Shown piece after piece: positions 49,647 through 58,681 of a stretch of DNA of 64,000 nucleotides. The stretch is taken from NCBI GenBank assembly GCA_042216675.1, contig JBDGTS010000003.1:13227-77226 (forward strand), written 5' to 3'. The position numbers and the translations under genes are program-made. This DNA is from Halobacteriaceae archaeon. GTDB taxonomy: Archaea > Halobacteriota > Halobacteria > Halobacteriales > Halobacteriaceae. The notes under the pieces are model-generated. The model was not told the DNA's origin and searched no databases. It saw only the letters and a list, made by a program, of their open reading frames with translations. The first letter of the stretch is position 1, and each line of letters begins with the position of its first letter.

Positions 49647-50321
49647 ATGGCAGACCTCCGCGCCCTCGTCATCGGCGAGACGACGTTCGGCTTCCACGAC
49701 TTCGACGACGCCCGCCCCCACCTCCGGGCCGCGCTCGAACGGGCGAACGTCGACCCGACGCTCACGACGGACCGCGACGAACTCCGAGACCTCGCGGGCT
49801 ACGACGTGGTGGTGGACTACCTGACGGACAGCGACCTCACGGACGCCCAACGCGACGGCCTCCTCACCTTCGTCGGCGACGGCGGCGGCTACGCTGGGGT
49901 CCACTGCGCCTCGGACCTCACCAGCGTCGCCGGCCCCGACGGCGAACTCGAACACGTCGAGTCGCCGTTCCCCGGCCTGCGGGCGATGCTCGGCGGCCAC
50001 TTCCTCGGCCACCCCGAACAGCAGGATATCGACGTCGACGTCACGGACACCGGCCACCCCATCACCGCCGGCGTGCCCGACTTCACCGTCTACGACGAAC
50101 CCTACGACCTCGACGTCGACGACGACGTGACCGTCCTCGCGCGGATGGACCATCCCGAGTCCGGCGACGTGCCCGTCGCGTGGGCCAAGCGCTACGGCCG
50201 GGGCCGCGTCACCTACTGCTCGCTGGGCCACACCGAGGACGCCCTGACAGACGACGTCGTGGCCGCTCTCGTCGGCCGGGGCGCACGGTGGGCCGCCGGC
50301 GCCCTCGCGGACCCCCGGTGA
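49647..50321 (+). CDS. ThuA-like domain protein
   Basis: GGGYAGVHCASD, LGGHFLGHP, HPITAG, DEPY, PVAW...GRGRVTYCSLGH. Confidence 0.85.
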   Translation: MADLRALVIGETTFGFHDFDDARPHLRAALERANVDPTLTTDRDELRDLAGYDVVVDYLTDSDLTDAQRDGLLTFVGDGGGYAGVHCASDLTSVAGPDGELEHVESPFPGLRAMLGGHFLGHPEQQDIDVDVTDTGHPITAGVPDFTVYDEPYDLDVDDDVTVLARMDHPESGDVPVAWAKRYGRGRVTYCSLGHTEDALTDDVVAALVGRGARWAAGALADPR

Positions 50322-50355
50322 AAACCGTTTTGTCGGTGGCTCCCGACGCGCGACC

Positions 50356-50613
50356 ATGACAGACATCGCGGACACGTGGTACTGGGACCACCGCACCGAC
50401 ACCGCGCTCTACCCCTGCAACACGGACGGCGACACCGTGGAGTTCGTCACCGTGCGCCACCGCGACGCCGTCGCGGACGCCATCGAGGCGGGGGCGCTCG
50501 AACCCCTCGGCGAGGGCACCCCGGACGGCGACCTCGCGGGCACCCTCGACTTCATCGACTCGTTCCGCCTGCTCGACGACGACGCGCTCAGCCGATACGT
50601 GGAGGGCGAGTGA
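50356..50613 (+). CDS. Hypothetical protein
   Basis: Acidic 85 aa; stop overlaps sulfatase start (TGATG). Confidence 0.7.
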   Translation: MTDIADTWYWDHRTDTALYPCNTDGDTVEFVTVRHRDAVADAIEAGALEPLGEGTPDGDLAGTLDFIDSFRLLDDDALSRYVEGE

Positions 50614-51923
50614 TGAGCGACCGACCGAACGTCCTCGTCGTCCTCACCGACCAGCAGCGCTGGGACACCGTGGGTGCCTACGGCAACCCGATGGACCTCA
50701 CGCCGAACCTCGACGCGGCGGCGGAACGCGGCACCCGCGTCGAGCAGGCAATCACGCCCCAACCGGTGTGCGGGCCGGCCCGCGCCTGTCTCCAGACGGG
50801 CCGTCACGGCACCGAACACGGCGTGTTCACGAACGGGCGCGTTCCCGACTTCGAGACCGAGGCGCTCCTCGCGGAGCAGTTCGCGGACGCCGGCTACGAC
50901 ACGGGCTACGTCGGCAAGTGGCACCTCGCGAACGCGCGTCTCGACCCAGTGTCCGCCGACAAGCGCGCCGGCTACGACTTCTGGCGCGCCGCGGGCGCCC
51001 TCGAGTGGACCTCTCACCCCTACGAGGGCACCCTCTACGACGAGGACGACGACCCCGTGGAGTTCGACGGCTACCGCGTCGACGCCGTCACCGACCACGC
51101 CGAGGAGTTCATCCGGCAGGACCGCGACGACCCGTTTTTCTGCATTCTCTCCATCCTCGAACCGCACCACCAGAACGACATGGACACGTACGTCGCGCCG
51201 GACGGCTACGCCCATCGCTACCGCGACCCGTGGGTGCCCGAGGACCTGCAGGGCCGACCCGGCGACTGGTACGAGGAACTGCCGGACTACTACGGCATCT
51301 GCCGGCGCATCGACGAGTGCTACGGACGCCTCCAGCGCGTCTTGGAGGAGGAGGGCATCGCCGACGACACCATCGTCGTGTTCACGTCCGACCACGGCTC
51401 GCACTTCAAGACCCGCAACCCCGAGTACAAGCGGAGTTGCCACGAGGCGTCGGTGCGGGTCCCCCTCGTCCTCGACGGGCCGGGCTTCGAGGGCGGCAAC
51501 GTCGTCGAGGACCCGGTGAGCCTCCTCGACCTGCCGCCGACGCTTCTGGACGCCGCGGACATCGACCCGCCGGCGTCGATGACGGGTGACCCGCTCGGTC
51601 CGGTCGTCGCGGGCGACTCGGAGGGCCGGGACGCGGTGTTCGTCCAGATCAGCGAACACGAGGTCGGGCGCGCGATTCGCACCGACCGCTGGAAGTACGC
51701 CGTCTTCGACCCGGAGGCAGACCACGGGGACGACCCGGCGGGCGAGACGTACGTCGAGCGATACCTCTACGACCTCGATTCCGACCCTCACGAGCAAGTG
51801 AACCTCGTCGGGCGCCGCGACTACGCGGACGTGGCGGCTCGGCTCCGAACGCGGTTGCTCGACCGCATCGAGGCCGTCGAAGGTGAGCGGCCGACCGTCG
51901 AGGCCGCCGACTACTACGCCTGA
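50613..51923 (+). CDS. Sulfatase (Cys-type, cytoplasmic)
   Basis: PNVLVVLTDQQR, CGPARACLQTG (CxPxR), GKWHL, FTSDHG, LYDL..DP.E..NL. Confidence 0.92.
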   Translation: MSDRPNVLVVLTDQQRWDTVGAYGNPMDLTPNLDAAAERGTRVEQAITPQPVCGPARACLQTGRHGTEHGVFTNGRVPDFETEALLAEQFADAGYDTGYVGKWHLANARLDPVSADKRAGYDFWRAAGALEWTSHPYEGTLYDEDDDPVEFDGYRVDAVTDHAEEFIRQDRDDPFFCILSILEPHHQNDMDTYVAPDGYAHRYRDPWVPEDLQGRPGDWYEELPDYYGICRRIDECYGRLQRVLEEEGIADDTIVVFTSDHGSHFKTRNPEYKRSCHEASVRVPLVLDGPGFEGGNVVEDPVSLLDLPPTLLDAADIDPPASMTGDPLGPVVAGDSEGRDAVFVQISEHEVGRAIRTDRWKYAVFDPEADHGDDPAGETYVERYLYDLDSDPHEQVNLVGRRDYADVAARLRTRLLDRIEAVEGERPTVEAADYYA

Positions 51924-53209
51924 GACCGGAAGAACTCGACCACGCCGTCCGCGTCCACCTGTCGCTCGTCGCCGCTGTCCATGTTCTGGACGGTGACGAC
52001 GCCCTCCGCGAGGTCCCGTTCGCCGACGACGACGGTCCAGTCGGCGTTCACGGAGTCCGCGTAGGAGAACTGGCTCCCGACGCTCCGGCCCGTGAGGTCC
52101 GTCTCCACGACGAGACCCTCGCCCCGCAGTGCGCGGGCGTAGTCGAGGGCGGTGTCGCGCAGCTCCTCGGAGACGTTCAGCACGTACACGTCGGTCCGGT
52201 GTTCCTCGGCGGGCCACTGCCCGGCGTCCTGTAGCAGTTCGCGGGTCGTGGAGTAGCCGAAGGCGAACCCGACGGCGGGCACGTCGCGGCCGCCGAACAG
52301 GCCCACGAGGTCGTCGTAGCGCCCGCCGCCGAACAGGGCGCGCAGGTCGCCCTCGGCGTCGAACGCCTCGAAGACGAGGCCCGTGTAGTAGGCGAGGCCC
52401 CGAACGATGGAGAGGTCGAGTTCGCACATCCCGACGACGCCGTGAGAGTCGAGGGCGTCCGCGAGGTCGTCCATCCGGTCGATGGCCGCCGTCGCGCGTT
52501 CGTCGTCGGGCGCCTGTTCGCGGAGTTCGTCCAGCGTCTCGTCGAGAGGGCCGCTGATGGCCGTGAGGTCTGCCACCTCCTCGGCCGTCTCCCGGTCGAG
52601 GCCGCGGGTGCCGAGTTCGTCGAGGTACTCGGCGCGGCTGAGTTTCTCACGGTCGTCCACGACGCGCATGACTTCCGTCGTGTTCTCGACGCCGTGGGCC
52701 TCAAGCAGGGCTTCGAGCAGGTTCCGGTCGTTGACGAGGAACTCCACCCTGTCGCCGACGCCGAGGCGGCGGAACGCGGTGGCGCCGACGGCGATGACTT
52801 CCGCGTCCGCGGCGACGGACTCGACGCCGAAGACGTCCACGTCAGTCTGGAAGAACTCGCGGTCCCGCCCCTTCTGGACGTTCTCGTAGCGCCAGCGCTT
52901 GGACGTGTCGTACCACTTGATCGGCGTCTTGAGGTCCTTCCGGCTCTGGACCATCCGGGCGCGGGTGGGCGTCTGCTCGGGGGTGAGCGTCACCTCGCGC
53001 CCGCTCCGGTCCTCGAAACTGTACGTCTGTTCGAGGAGTTCCTCGCCGGACTTCACGCGGTAGAGGTCCGTGCGCTCGACGGCGGGGGTGTTGACCTCGC
53101 GGAAGCCGAACTCGGCGGCCGTGCGCTCCACGGTGTCGATGACCTCGCGCCACGCGGCGAACTCCTCGGGGTAGCGGTCGTAGAATCCCTTCAGGCTCTC
53201 GATTGTCAT
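51914..53209 (-). CDS. hisS: Histidine--tRNA ligase
   Basis: KGFYD..P, LTPEQTP, RWRYENVQKGRDREFFQ, IVRGLAYYTGLVFE, GGGRYDDL, AVGFAFG, anticodon-binding domain. Confidence 0.95.
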   Translation of the reverse strand: MTIESLKGFYDRYPEEFAAWREVIDTVERTAAEFGFREVNTPAVERTDLYRVKSGEELLEQTYSFEDRSGREVTLTPEQTPTRARMVQSRKDLKTPIKWYDTSKRWRYENVQKGRDREFFQTDVDVFGVESVAADAEVIAVGATAFRRLGVGDRVEFLVNDRNLLEALLEAHGVENTTEVMRVVDDREKLSRAEYLDELGTRGLDRETAEEVADLTAISGPLDETLDELREQAPDDERATAAIDRMDDLADALDSHGVVGMCELDLSIVRGLAYYTGLVFEAFDAEGDLRALFGGGRYDDLVGLFGGRDVPAVGFAFGYSTTRELLQDAGQWPAEEHRTDVYVLNVSEELRDTALDYARALRGEGLVVETDLTGRSVGSQFSYADSVNADWTVVVGERDLAEGVVTVQNMDSGDERQVDADGVVEFFRSQA

Positions 53210-53992
53210 AGTCGGTCGGTCGCGCTCGCGTTTCTTAAAGACCCCCAGTCTGCTCGTCGCGCCGGGGACGGAGCGGTACGTCAGGCCGTACTCGTCGGCG
53301 GTGGACCCGCTCACGTACATGTAGATGCCGGCCGTGTCGGGACCCACGTCCGCCAGCAGGGCCTCCTCGTCGGCGTCCGGGCGGTCCACGGCCTCGGCGT
53401 GGGCCTCGTAGGTCCGTATCTCGCTCACGCGCTCGAATGCGAGGTCGGCGAGGCGGGTCCCCAACTGCCGGAACGCCTCGGGGACGAGGACCGTCTCGGG
53501 ACGCTTCGGGATGGCCTCGGGCGCCATCACGGCCCACGACACCTCGTCGCCGAGGGCGGCGTCGAGTTCGTACCCTCGCTCGCCCATCAGCGACCGGACG
53601 GCGCTCTCGATGCCGTCGGCGAGGTCCGGGTCAGCGCCACGGCGGAGACACGTCTCGATTAGCTCGTCGTACCCCGCGTAGAAGCGGGTCGCGCCGTTGC
53701 GCCACGCCTCGGCGGGCGACTCGTAGCCCTCCACCCGGCGGTCCGTGAACTCGATGCGGTTGAACACCGGCCGGTCGGCCTCCCGGCCGTAGTAGTTCAG
53801 CGAGAGGAGGTCCTCGACCGCGTCGACGTACTCTCGGACCTCCGCCACGCCCTCACCCGTCTTCGCGGCCCGCTTGCCGCGGCCGTTGATGAGGTCGGCC
53901 AGCCACTCGGTGTCGTACGCGTCGCCGGCGAGTTCACGCTCCAGCGCGAGTCTCGCGTTCCGTCCCTTTTCGGGGACCATGAACGTACTCAC
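53210..53992 (-). CDS. Unknown acidic ~260-aa ORF with no stop codon, in frame with hisS
   Basis: Continuous open frame from 53992 to 51914; acidic protein-like composition. Confidence 0.55.
53231..53240 (-). promoter_or_regulatory. TATA-like promoter for leaderless hisS, embedded in the upstream ORF
   Basis: CTTTAAGAAA on the minus strand at -31 to -22 from ATG 53209. Confidence 0.6.
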
Positions 53993-54069
53993 CGGCGTTC
54001 GCCCCGGCGTCAGAAGCCGTCGTCATGCTCGAACGGTGGCCGGACGGAGCCAAAAGCCCTTCCCTTCGG

Positions 54070-54624
54070 TCACTCGGCGTCGGCGGGCGTGTCGAAGTCG
54101 TGGAAGTGCTCGCCTTTCTCCTTGCTGAGGATGTTCAGCGCCGCCGCGGCGCCGTCGCCCGCCGAGATGATGGCCTGCCACTCCTCGGCGCGGACCATCG
54201 CGCCCGTCGCGTAGGCGTCCGCGACGCTCGTCTCCATCGTCACGTCCACGTCGACCACGTCCTCGTCGGTGAACGCACAGCCGAGCGCCTCCGCGAGGTC
54301 ACGCTTGGCGCCCGTCGCCAACACGAGGTAGTCAGCTTCCACGGCGTCGTCCTCCGTGTCGACGGTGAAGCCCTCGTCCGTCGCCGCGACGCCCGTCGCT
54401 TCCGTTTCCCTGAGGTCCGCACCGAACTCCGCTACCTGCTCGCGGGCGCCCTCGACGAACTCGGTGCCGTCCTCGCTCTCGATGCCGAGGTAGTTGAACA
54501 GGTGCGCCTTGTGCAGCCACGTCTCGTCCGTGTCGAAGACGACCGTGTCGAGACCGTTCTTCGCGGTGAACAGTGCGGCGCTCAGGCCGGCGGGACCACC
54601 GCCGACGACAGCGACATCTGTCAT
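54070..54624 (-). CDS. Short FAD-dependent oxidoreductase (thioredoxin reductase-like FAD domain only)
   Basis: VAVVGGGPAGLSAA, NYLG, LVLATG, QAIISAGDG, FHDFD. Confidence 0.85.
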   Translation of the reverse strand: MTDVAVVGGGPAGLSAALFTAKNGLDTVVFDTDETWLHKAHLFNYLGIESEDGTEFVEGAREQVAEFGADLRETEATGVAATDEGFTVDTEDDAVEADYLVLATGAKRDLAEALGCAFTDEDVVDVDVTMETSVADAYATGAMVRAEEWQAIISAGDGAAAALNILSKEKGEHFHDFDTPADAE

Positions 54625-54697
54625 GGCACATCATGCCGCGGGCAGACACAAATAGATGGGGACGCCGGCGAGTACCGTGCCGACCGGTCACACCTCG

Positions 54698-55171
54698 CTA
54701 CGGGGCGAAGTGGTCCCGCGTCCGGCGGTGTCTGTCGCGGAACATGCCCTCGAAGAACGGCGGCGCGATGGCGTCACCGACGTCCCCCAGCGGCGTCGCG
54801 TACCGCACGCGGTCCCGCAACAGCGTCTCGTCGCCGTCGGCGTAGAAGATGTGGGTGTGTTCCCAGTGCCGGAACGGCCCGTCGCGCATCACGTCCCGAA
54901 AGTAGCCGCTCCCGCGCTCGCGTTCGCGGGCCGTGATTTCGCTCGTCCAGCCCTGTCTGGGGCCGACGCCGAACGGGCGCACCGACATCTCGATGCGCGT
55001 GCCCGGCACGAGCGTCTCGGGGTTTCGGTCGCCGTCGGGGCCGACGACGGACTCGATTTGGAGGTGTAGCCACGGCGGCGTCAGCGCTCGGAGGCCGTCG
55101 ATGGTGGAGTGAAACGCCCACACCGCCTCGAACGGTGCCGCGACCCGGCTCTCTCGCTCGAAACTCCGCAT
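54698..55171 (-). CDS. SRPBCC family protein
   Basis: VAAPFEAVWAFH, LTPPW, FRDVM..GPF..WEHTH.F. Confidence 0.85.
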   Translation of the reverse strand: MRSFERESRVAAPFEAVWAFHSTIDGLRALTPPWLHLQIESVVGPDGDRNPETLVPGTRIEMSVRPFGVGPRQGWTSEITARERERGSGYFRDVMRDGPFRHWEHTHIFYADGDETLLRDRVRYATPLGDVGDAIAPPFFEGMFRDRHRRTRDHFAP

Positions 55172-55210
55172 ACCGGGCAGACGGGCCGCCGCGCCAAAAG
55201 TTAGGGGGTG

Positions 55211-55639
55211 TTACTTCAGACGCTCCTGCAGGAACGAGGGATGGGCCGCGGTGACGCCCTCGATGTCGAGGATGGCGTCGCTGATGACTTCGCCGAGGGC
55301 GTCGCCGTCGGGGGCGCGCACTTCGGCCATCAGCATGTGGTCGCCGGAGGACGTGTAGAGGGCGCGCACGGCGTCGAGGTCCTTCAGTTCTTGTGTCGCC
55401 TCGACGTAACGCTCGCTGGCCACGTCGATACCGACCAGCGCGATGGACTGGCCGGACATCTTCTTGGGGTCCACCTCGGCGGAGTAGCCGACGATGACCC
55501 CCTCGTCCTCGAGCCGGTTGATGTACTTGCGAACCGTCGGCTTCGAGACGCCGGCGCGTTCGGAGATTTCGGCGTAGGAGGCCTGCGCGTCCTCTTCCAG
55601 AACGGCCAGGATACGTTCCTCCGTCGATTCGGAACTCAC
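55211..55639 (-). CDS. lrpA1: HTH transcriptional regulator LrpA1
   Basis: LEEDAQASYAEI, VSKPTVRKYI..LE.EGVIVGYSA, SSGDHMLMAE, AHPSFLQERLK. Confidence 0.9.
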   Translation of the reverse strand: MSSESTEERILAVLEEDAQASYAEISERAGVSKPTVRKYINRLEDEGVIVGYSAEVDPKKMSGQSIALVGIDVASERYVEATQELKDLDAVRALYTSSGDHMLMAEVRAPDGDALGEVISDAILDIEGVTAAHPSFLQERLK

Positions 55640-55699
55640 GACTCCCCCTTTGAGACGCCCGAAAAAATATCTTCCGAATCCGAAACTCCGGTTGCGGGG

Positions 55700-56635
55700 T
55701 TACTTGTGGCGGTCGATGAAGTCGTAGGACCGCTCCCAGTCGGCGTCGTCGTCGAAGTAGCGCTCCGCGAGGGGCGACTCGGGCGCGTCCTCGTTGGTGC
55801 GCTTCTCCTCGTAGTAGGACCGGCGGTCCTCCTCGACGTAGTAGCGGCCGGTGAGGACCTCGCCCTCGTACAGTTTCTCCTCGGTCTTCTGCATCATCTC
55901 CTGCGCCTCGGTGCGGTCCGTGACGTCGAAGTCGTAGTCGTCCGACTCCTGCACGTCGACGTAGGGCACGTACTGGCGCGCGTCCTTGTTCCACGTCGGG
56001 CACTGCGTGAGGAAGTCGACGTGGGCGAAGCCGTCGTGTTCGACGGCCTCCTTGATGATCTCCTGTGCCTGATTGGGGTTGACGGCGGCCGTGCGGGCCA
56101 CGTAGGACGCCCCGGAGGTCAGCGAGAGCGAGAGGGGCCGAAGCGGGTCCTTCGCGTTGCCCTTGGGCTGGGTCTTCGACTTGTGACCCTTCGGGGAGGT
56201 GGGCGAGGTCTGGCCCTTCGTGAGGCCGAAGACCTCGTTGTTGAACACGATGTAGGTCATGTCGTGGTTCTCCCGGGCGGTGTGCATGAAGTGGTTCCCG
56301 CCGATGCCGTAGCCGTCGCCGTCGCCGCCGGCGGCGACCACGGTGAGTTCGGGGTTGGCGAGGCTCGCGGCCCGCGCGATGGGGAGCGAGCGACCGTGAA
56401 TCGTGTGGAACCCGTAGCTGTCGAAGTAGCTGTTCAGCTTGCCCGAGCAGCCGATGCCGGTGGCGACGAGGACCTCCTCGGGGTTCTTGCCGAGGTCGGT
56501 CATCGCGCCCTTCAGTGCCTTGTTGACCGCGAAGTCACCACAGCCCGGACACCACGTCGGTTGCGGCTCGATGCCGGGGGTGAAGTCGTCGCGGTCTACC
56601 TCGCGTTGCTCGTCGATTGCGTTGAATGCGCTCAT
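55700..56635 (-). CDS. porB: Pyruvate (2-oxoacid):ferredoxin oxidoreductase beta subunit
   Basis: WCPGCGDF, GIGCSG, HGR, GGDGDG (TPP binding), GLTKGQTSPT, CPTWN; pyruvate specificity inferred from linkage to lrpA1. Confidence 0.88.
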   Translation of the reverse strand: MSAFNAIDEQREVDRDDFTPGIEPQPTWCPGCGDFAVNKALKGAMTDLGKNPEEVLVATGIGCSGKLNSYFDSYGFHTIHGRSLPIARAASLANPELTVVAAGGDGDGYGIGGNHFMHTARENHDMTYIVFNNEVFGLTKGQTSPTSPKGHKSKTQPKGNAKDPLRPLSLSLTSGASYVARTAAVNPNQAQEIIKEAVEHDGFAHVDFLTQCPTWNKDARQYVPYVDVQESDDYDFDVTDRTEAQEMMQKTEEKLYEGEVLTGRYYVEEDRRSYYEEKRTNEDAPESPLAERYFDDDADWERSYDFIDRHK

Positions 56636-56638
56636 TGA

Positions 56639-58531
56639 TTAGTCACCCGTCGCGGGTTCGAGTCGAGTTTGGGTGTTCGGCGATTCGGTGCCGCCGTTGA
56701 CCTGCACCTCGAAGCCCTCGACGACCTCTTCGGGCTCGAAGGGGTTGCCGTTGTACTTCAGGAGGCTGGTCATCTTGTCGGCGTAGTCGCCGAGGTTCTT
56801 CTGGACGTGACCGCGGAACTGGCCCGTGGAGTTCATCTCCACGACCAGCGCCTCCTCGACGCCGTCGAGGAACGCGGCCACTTCGTCGGACGGGAACGGC
56901 ATCATGTCGCTCACGGAGAGCGCCTTCACGGACTCGCCGTCCTCGTTGAGGCGCTCGACGGCCTCCCGAACGGTGCCTTGAGAACTGCCCCACGTCAGGA
57001 TGCCGTACTCGGCGTCCTCGGGGCCCCAGCGGGTCTGCTGACTCTCCGCTTCGTCCAGCATCTCGCGCACGCTGTCGAGCTTGCTGTTCCGGCGGTCCAC
57101 CTGCGCGACCCGGTTGGCGGGGTCCTCGCTGATGTGGCCGGAGGGGTTGTGCTCGTTCCCGGTGGCGAGATAGTGGCCGCCCTTCTGGCCGGGCACGGAG
57201 CGCGGACTGACGCCGTCCTCGGCGTCGTGCTGGAAGCGCTCGAACTTGCCCGAGGGGTGGTGGGGCTGGTCCTCGAGTTCCGCCTCGGTGAGTGTCTTGC
57301 CCATGTCCGGGTTCGGCTCCCGGTCGAAGAAGCTCGCGGGGACGTTGCGGTACTCCCCGGAGAGCTTCTGGTCGTAGATGATGATGGCGGGCATCTGGTA
57401 CTCGTAGGCCGCGCGGAACGCCATCCGCGTCTGCTCGTAGCACTCCTTGACGTTGCCGGGCGCGAACACGACGCGGTTCGAGTCGCCCTGACTCGTGGAG
57501 AGGACGAACTCGAGGTCGGCCTGTTCGGGCTTGGTCGGCATCCCCGTCGAGGGGCCAGCGCGCATGGATTCGAGCAGGACGACCGGCGTCTCGGTCATCT
57601 CCGCGAGGCCCAGGGGCTCGGACATCAGCGCGAAGCCACCGCCGGAGGACCCGGACATCGCCTTCACGCCTGCGTGGGACGCGCCAAGCGCCATCGCGGC
57701 GGCGGCGATTTCGTCCTCCACCTGCTCGTGGATGCCCCCGACTTCGGGCATCAGGTTCGTCATGATGGTGAACGCGTCCGTCCACGGCGTCATGGGGTAG
57801 CCCGCGATGAAGCGACAGCCCTCGTCCAGCGCCCCGTAGGCGATGGCGTGACTGCCGCCGAGGAGGACCTGCTCCTCGTCGTGGGATCCTTCGGGGACCG
57901 TGAGGTCGTGGGTGTGGTCGAACTCCTCGTTGACCTGCTGGTAGGCGTCTTCGAGGACGTCGAGGTTCTGTTCGAGCACCTCGCCGCTCATCGCCTCGGC
58001 CATCAGGTCCTCGATGTGGTCGAGGTCGAAGTCGACGAGGGCGGCCGTCGCGCCGACGCCGGCCGTGTTCCGCATGATCTCGCGGCCGTGTTCGCGGGCG
58101 AGGTCACGGAGGTTGATGGGGTAGACGTGCCAGTTGTTCTCCTCGACCCGTTCGTCGAAGTTCTCGACCTCCTCGATGTCGATGAGGCCCTCGTCGTAGA
58201 TGATGACGCCGCCCTCGCGGAGTTCGTCGAGGTTCTCCGTGAGGGGCTTGAGCTCTTCGTTCCCGTAGTAGGCGTGGTCGGATTCGTTCCGGGCGAAACT
58301 GTCCCCCAGCGCGAGCAACATGTTGTAGCCGTCGCCACGGGACGTGACTTCCTCCGGTGCCGCGCGGATTTCGACGTACGTGTGGCCGCCGCGGATCCGC
58401 GAGGGGTAGTGCCGGTGAGTGAAGACGTCCAGCCCCGACCGCATCAGCGCTGTCGCGAAGTTCTGGCTCGTCGAGTCGATTCCGTCGCCGGAACCGCCCG
58501 CGATTCGCCAGACGAGTTCGTCGTCGGTCAT
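56639..58531 (-). CDS. porA: Pyruvate (2-oxoacid):ferredoxin oxidoreductase alpha subunit
   Basis: GGSGDG, YPSRIRGGH, GYPMTP, EDEIAA, SSGGGFALM.E, RAGPSTGMPTKPEQAD. Confidence 0.9.
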   Translation of the reverse strand: MTDDELVWRIAGGSGDGIDSTSQNFATALMRSGLDVFTHRHYPSRIRGGHTYVEIRAAPEEVTSRGDGYNMLLALGDSFARNESDHAYYGNEELKPLTENLDELREGGVIIYDEGLIDIEEVENFDERVEENNWHVYPINLRDLAREHGREIMRNTAGVGATAALVDFDLDHIEDLMAEAMSGEVLEQNLDVLEDAYQQVNEEFDHTHDLTVPEGSHDEEQVLLGGSHAIAYGALDEGCRFIAGYPMTPWTDAFTIMTNLMPEVGGIHEQVEDEIAAAAMALGASHAGVKAMSGSSGGGFALMSEPLGLAEMTETPVVLLESMRAGPSTGMPTKPEQADLEFVLSTSQGDSNRVVFAPGNVKECYEQTRMAFRAAYEYQMPAIIIYDQKLSGEYRNVPASFFDREPNPDMGKTLTEAELEDQPHHPSGKFERFQHDAEDGVSPRSVPGQKGGHYLATGNEHNPSGHISEDPANRVAQVDRRNSKLDSVREMLDEAESQQTRWGPEDAEYGILTWGSSQGTVREAVERLNEDGESVKALSVSDMMPFPSDEVAAFLDGVEEALVVEMNSTGQFRGHVQKNLGDYADKMTSLLKYNGNPFEPEEVVEGFEVQVNGGTESPNTQTRLEPATGD

Positions 58532-58681
58532 AGTTGGATACTGGCCCGTGCCGGGCCGCTACTGTGACCTTGAAACTCCGGGGCTAAAACCGTTTGCCAT
58601 CCATTAACAGGGAACAATAATGAAGTTTCCGCCCGGCCGTGACAACGTTTATGCGCGCCGAAATCGTCACAATTAACGAAT

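Noticed and set aside
55640-55699. Imperfect CGAA...TTCCG inverted repeats upstream of lrpA1 as an autoregulatory site
   Set aside because: Symmetry is too weak to call from a single sequence.
58532-58681. TrmB operator upstream of porA
   Set aside because: No convincing TACT-N7-8-GAGTA match was found despite the AT-rich spacer.
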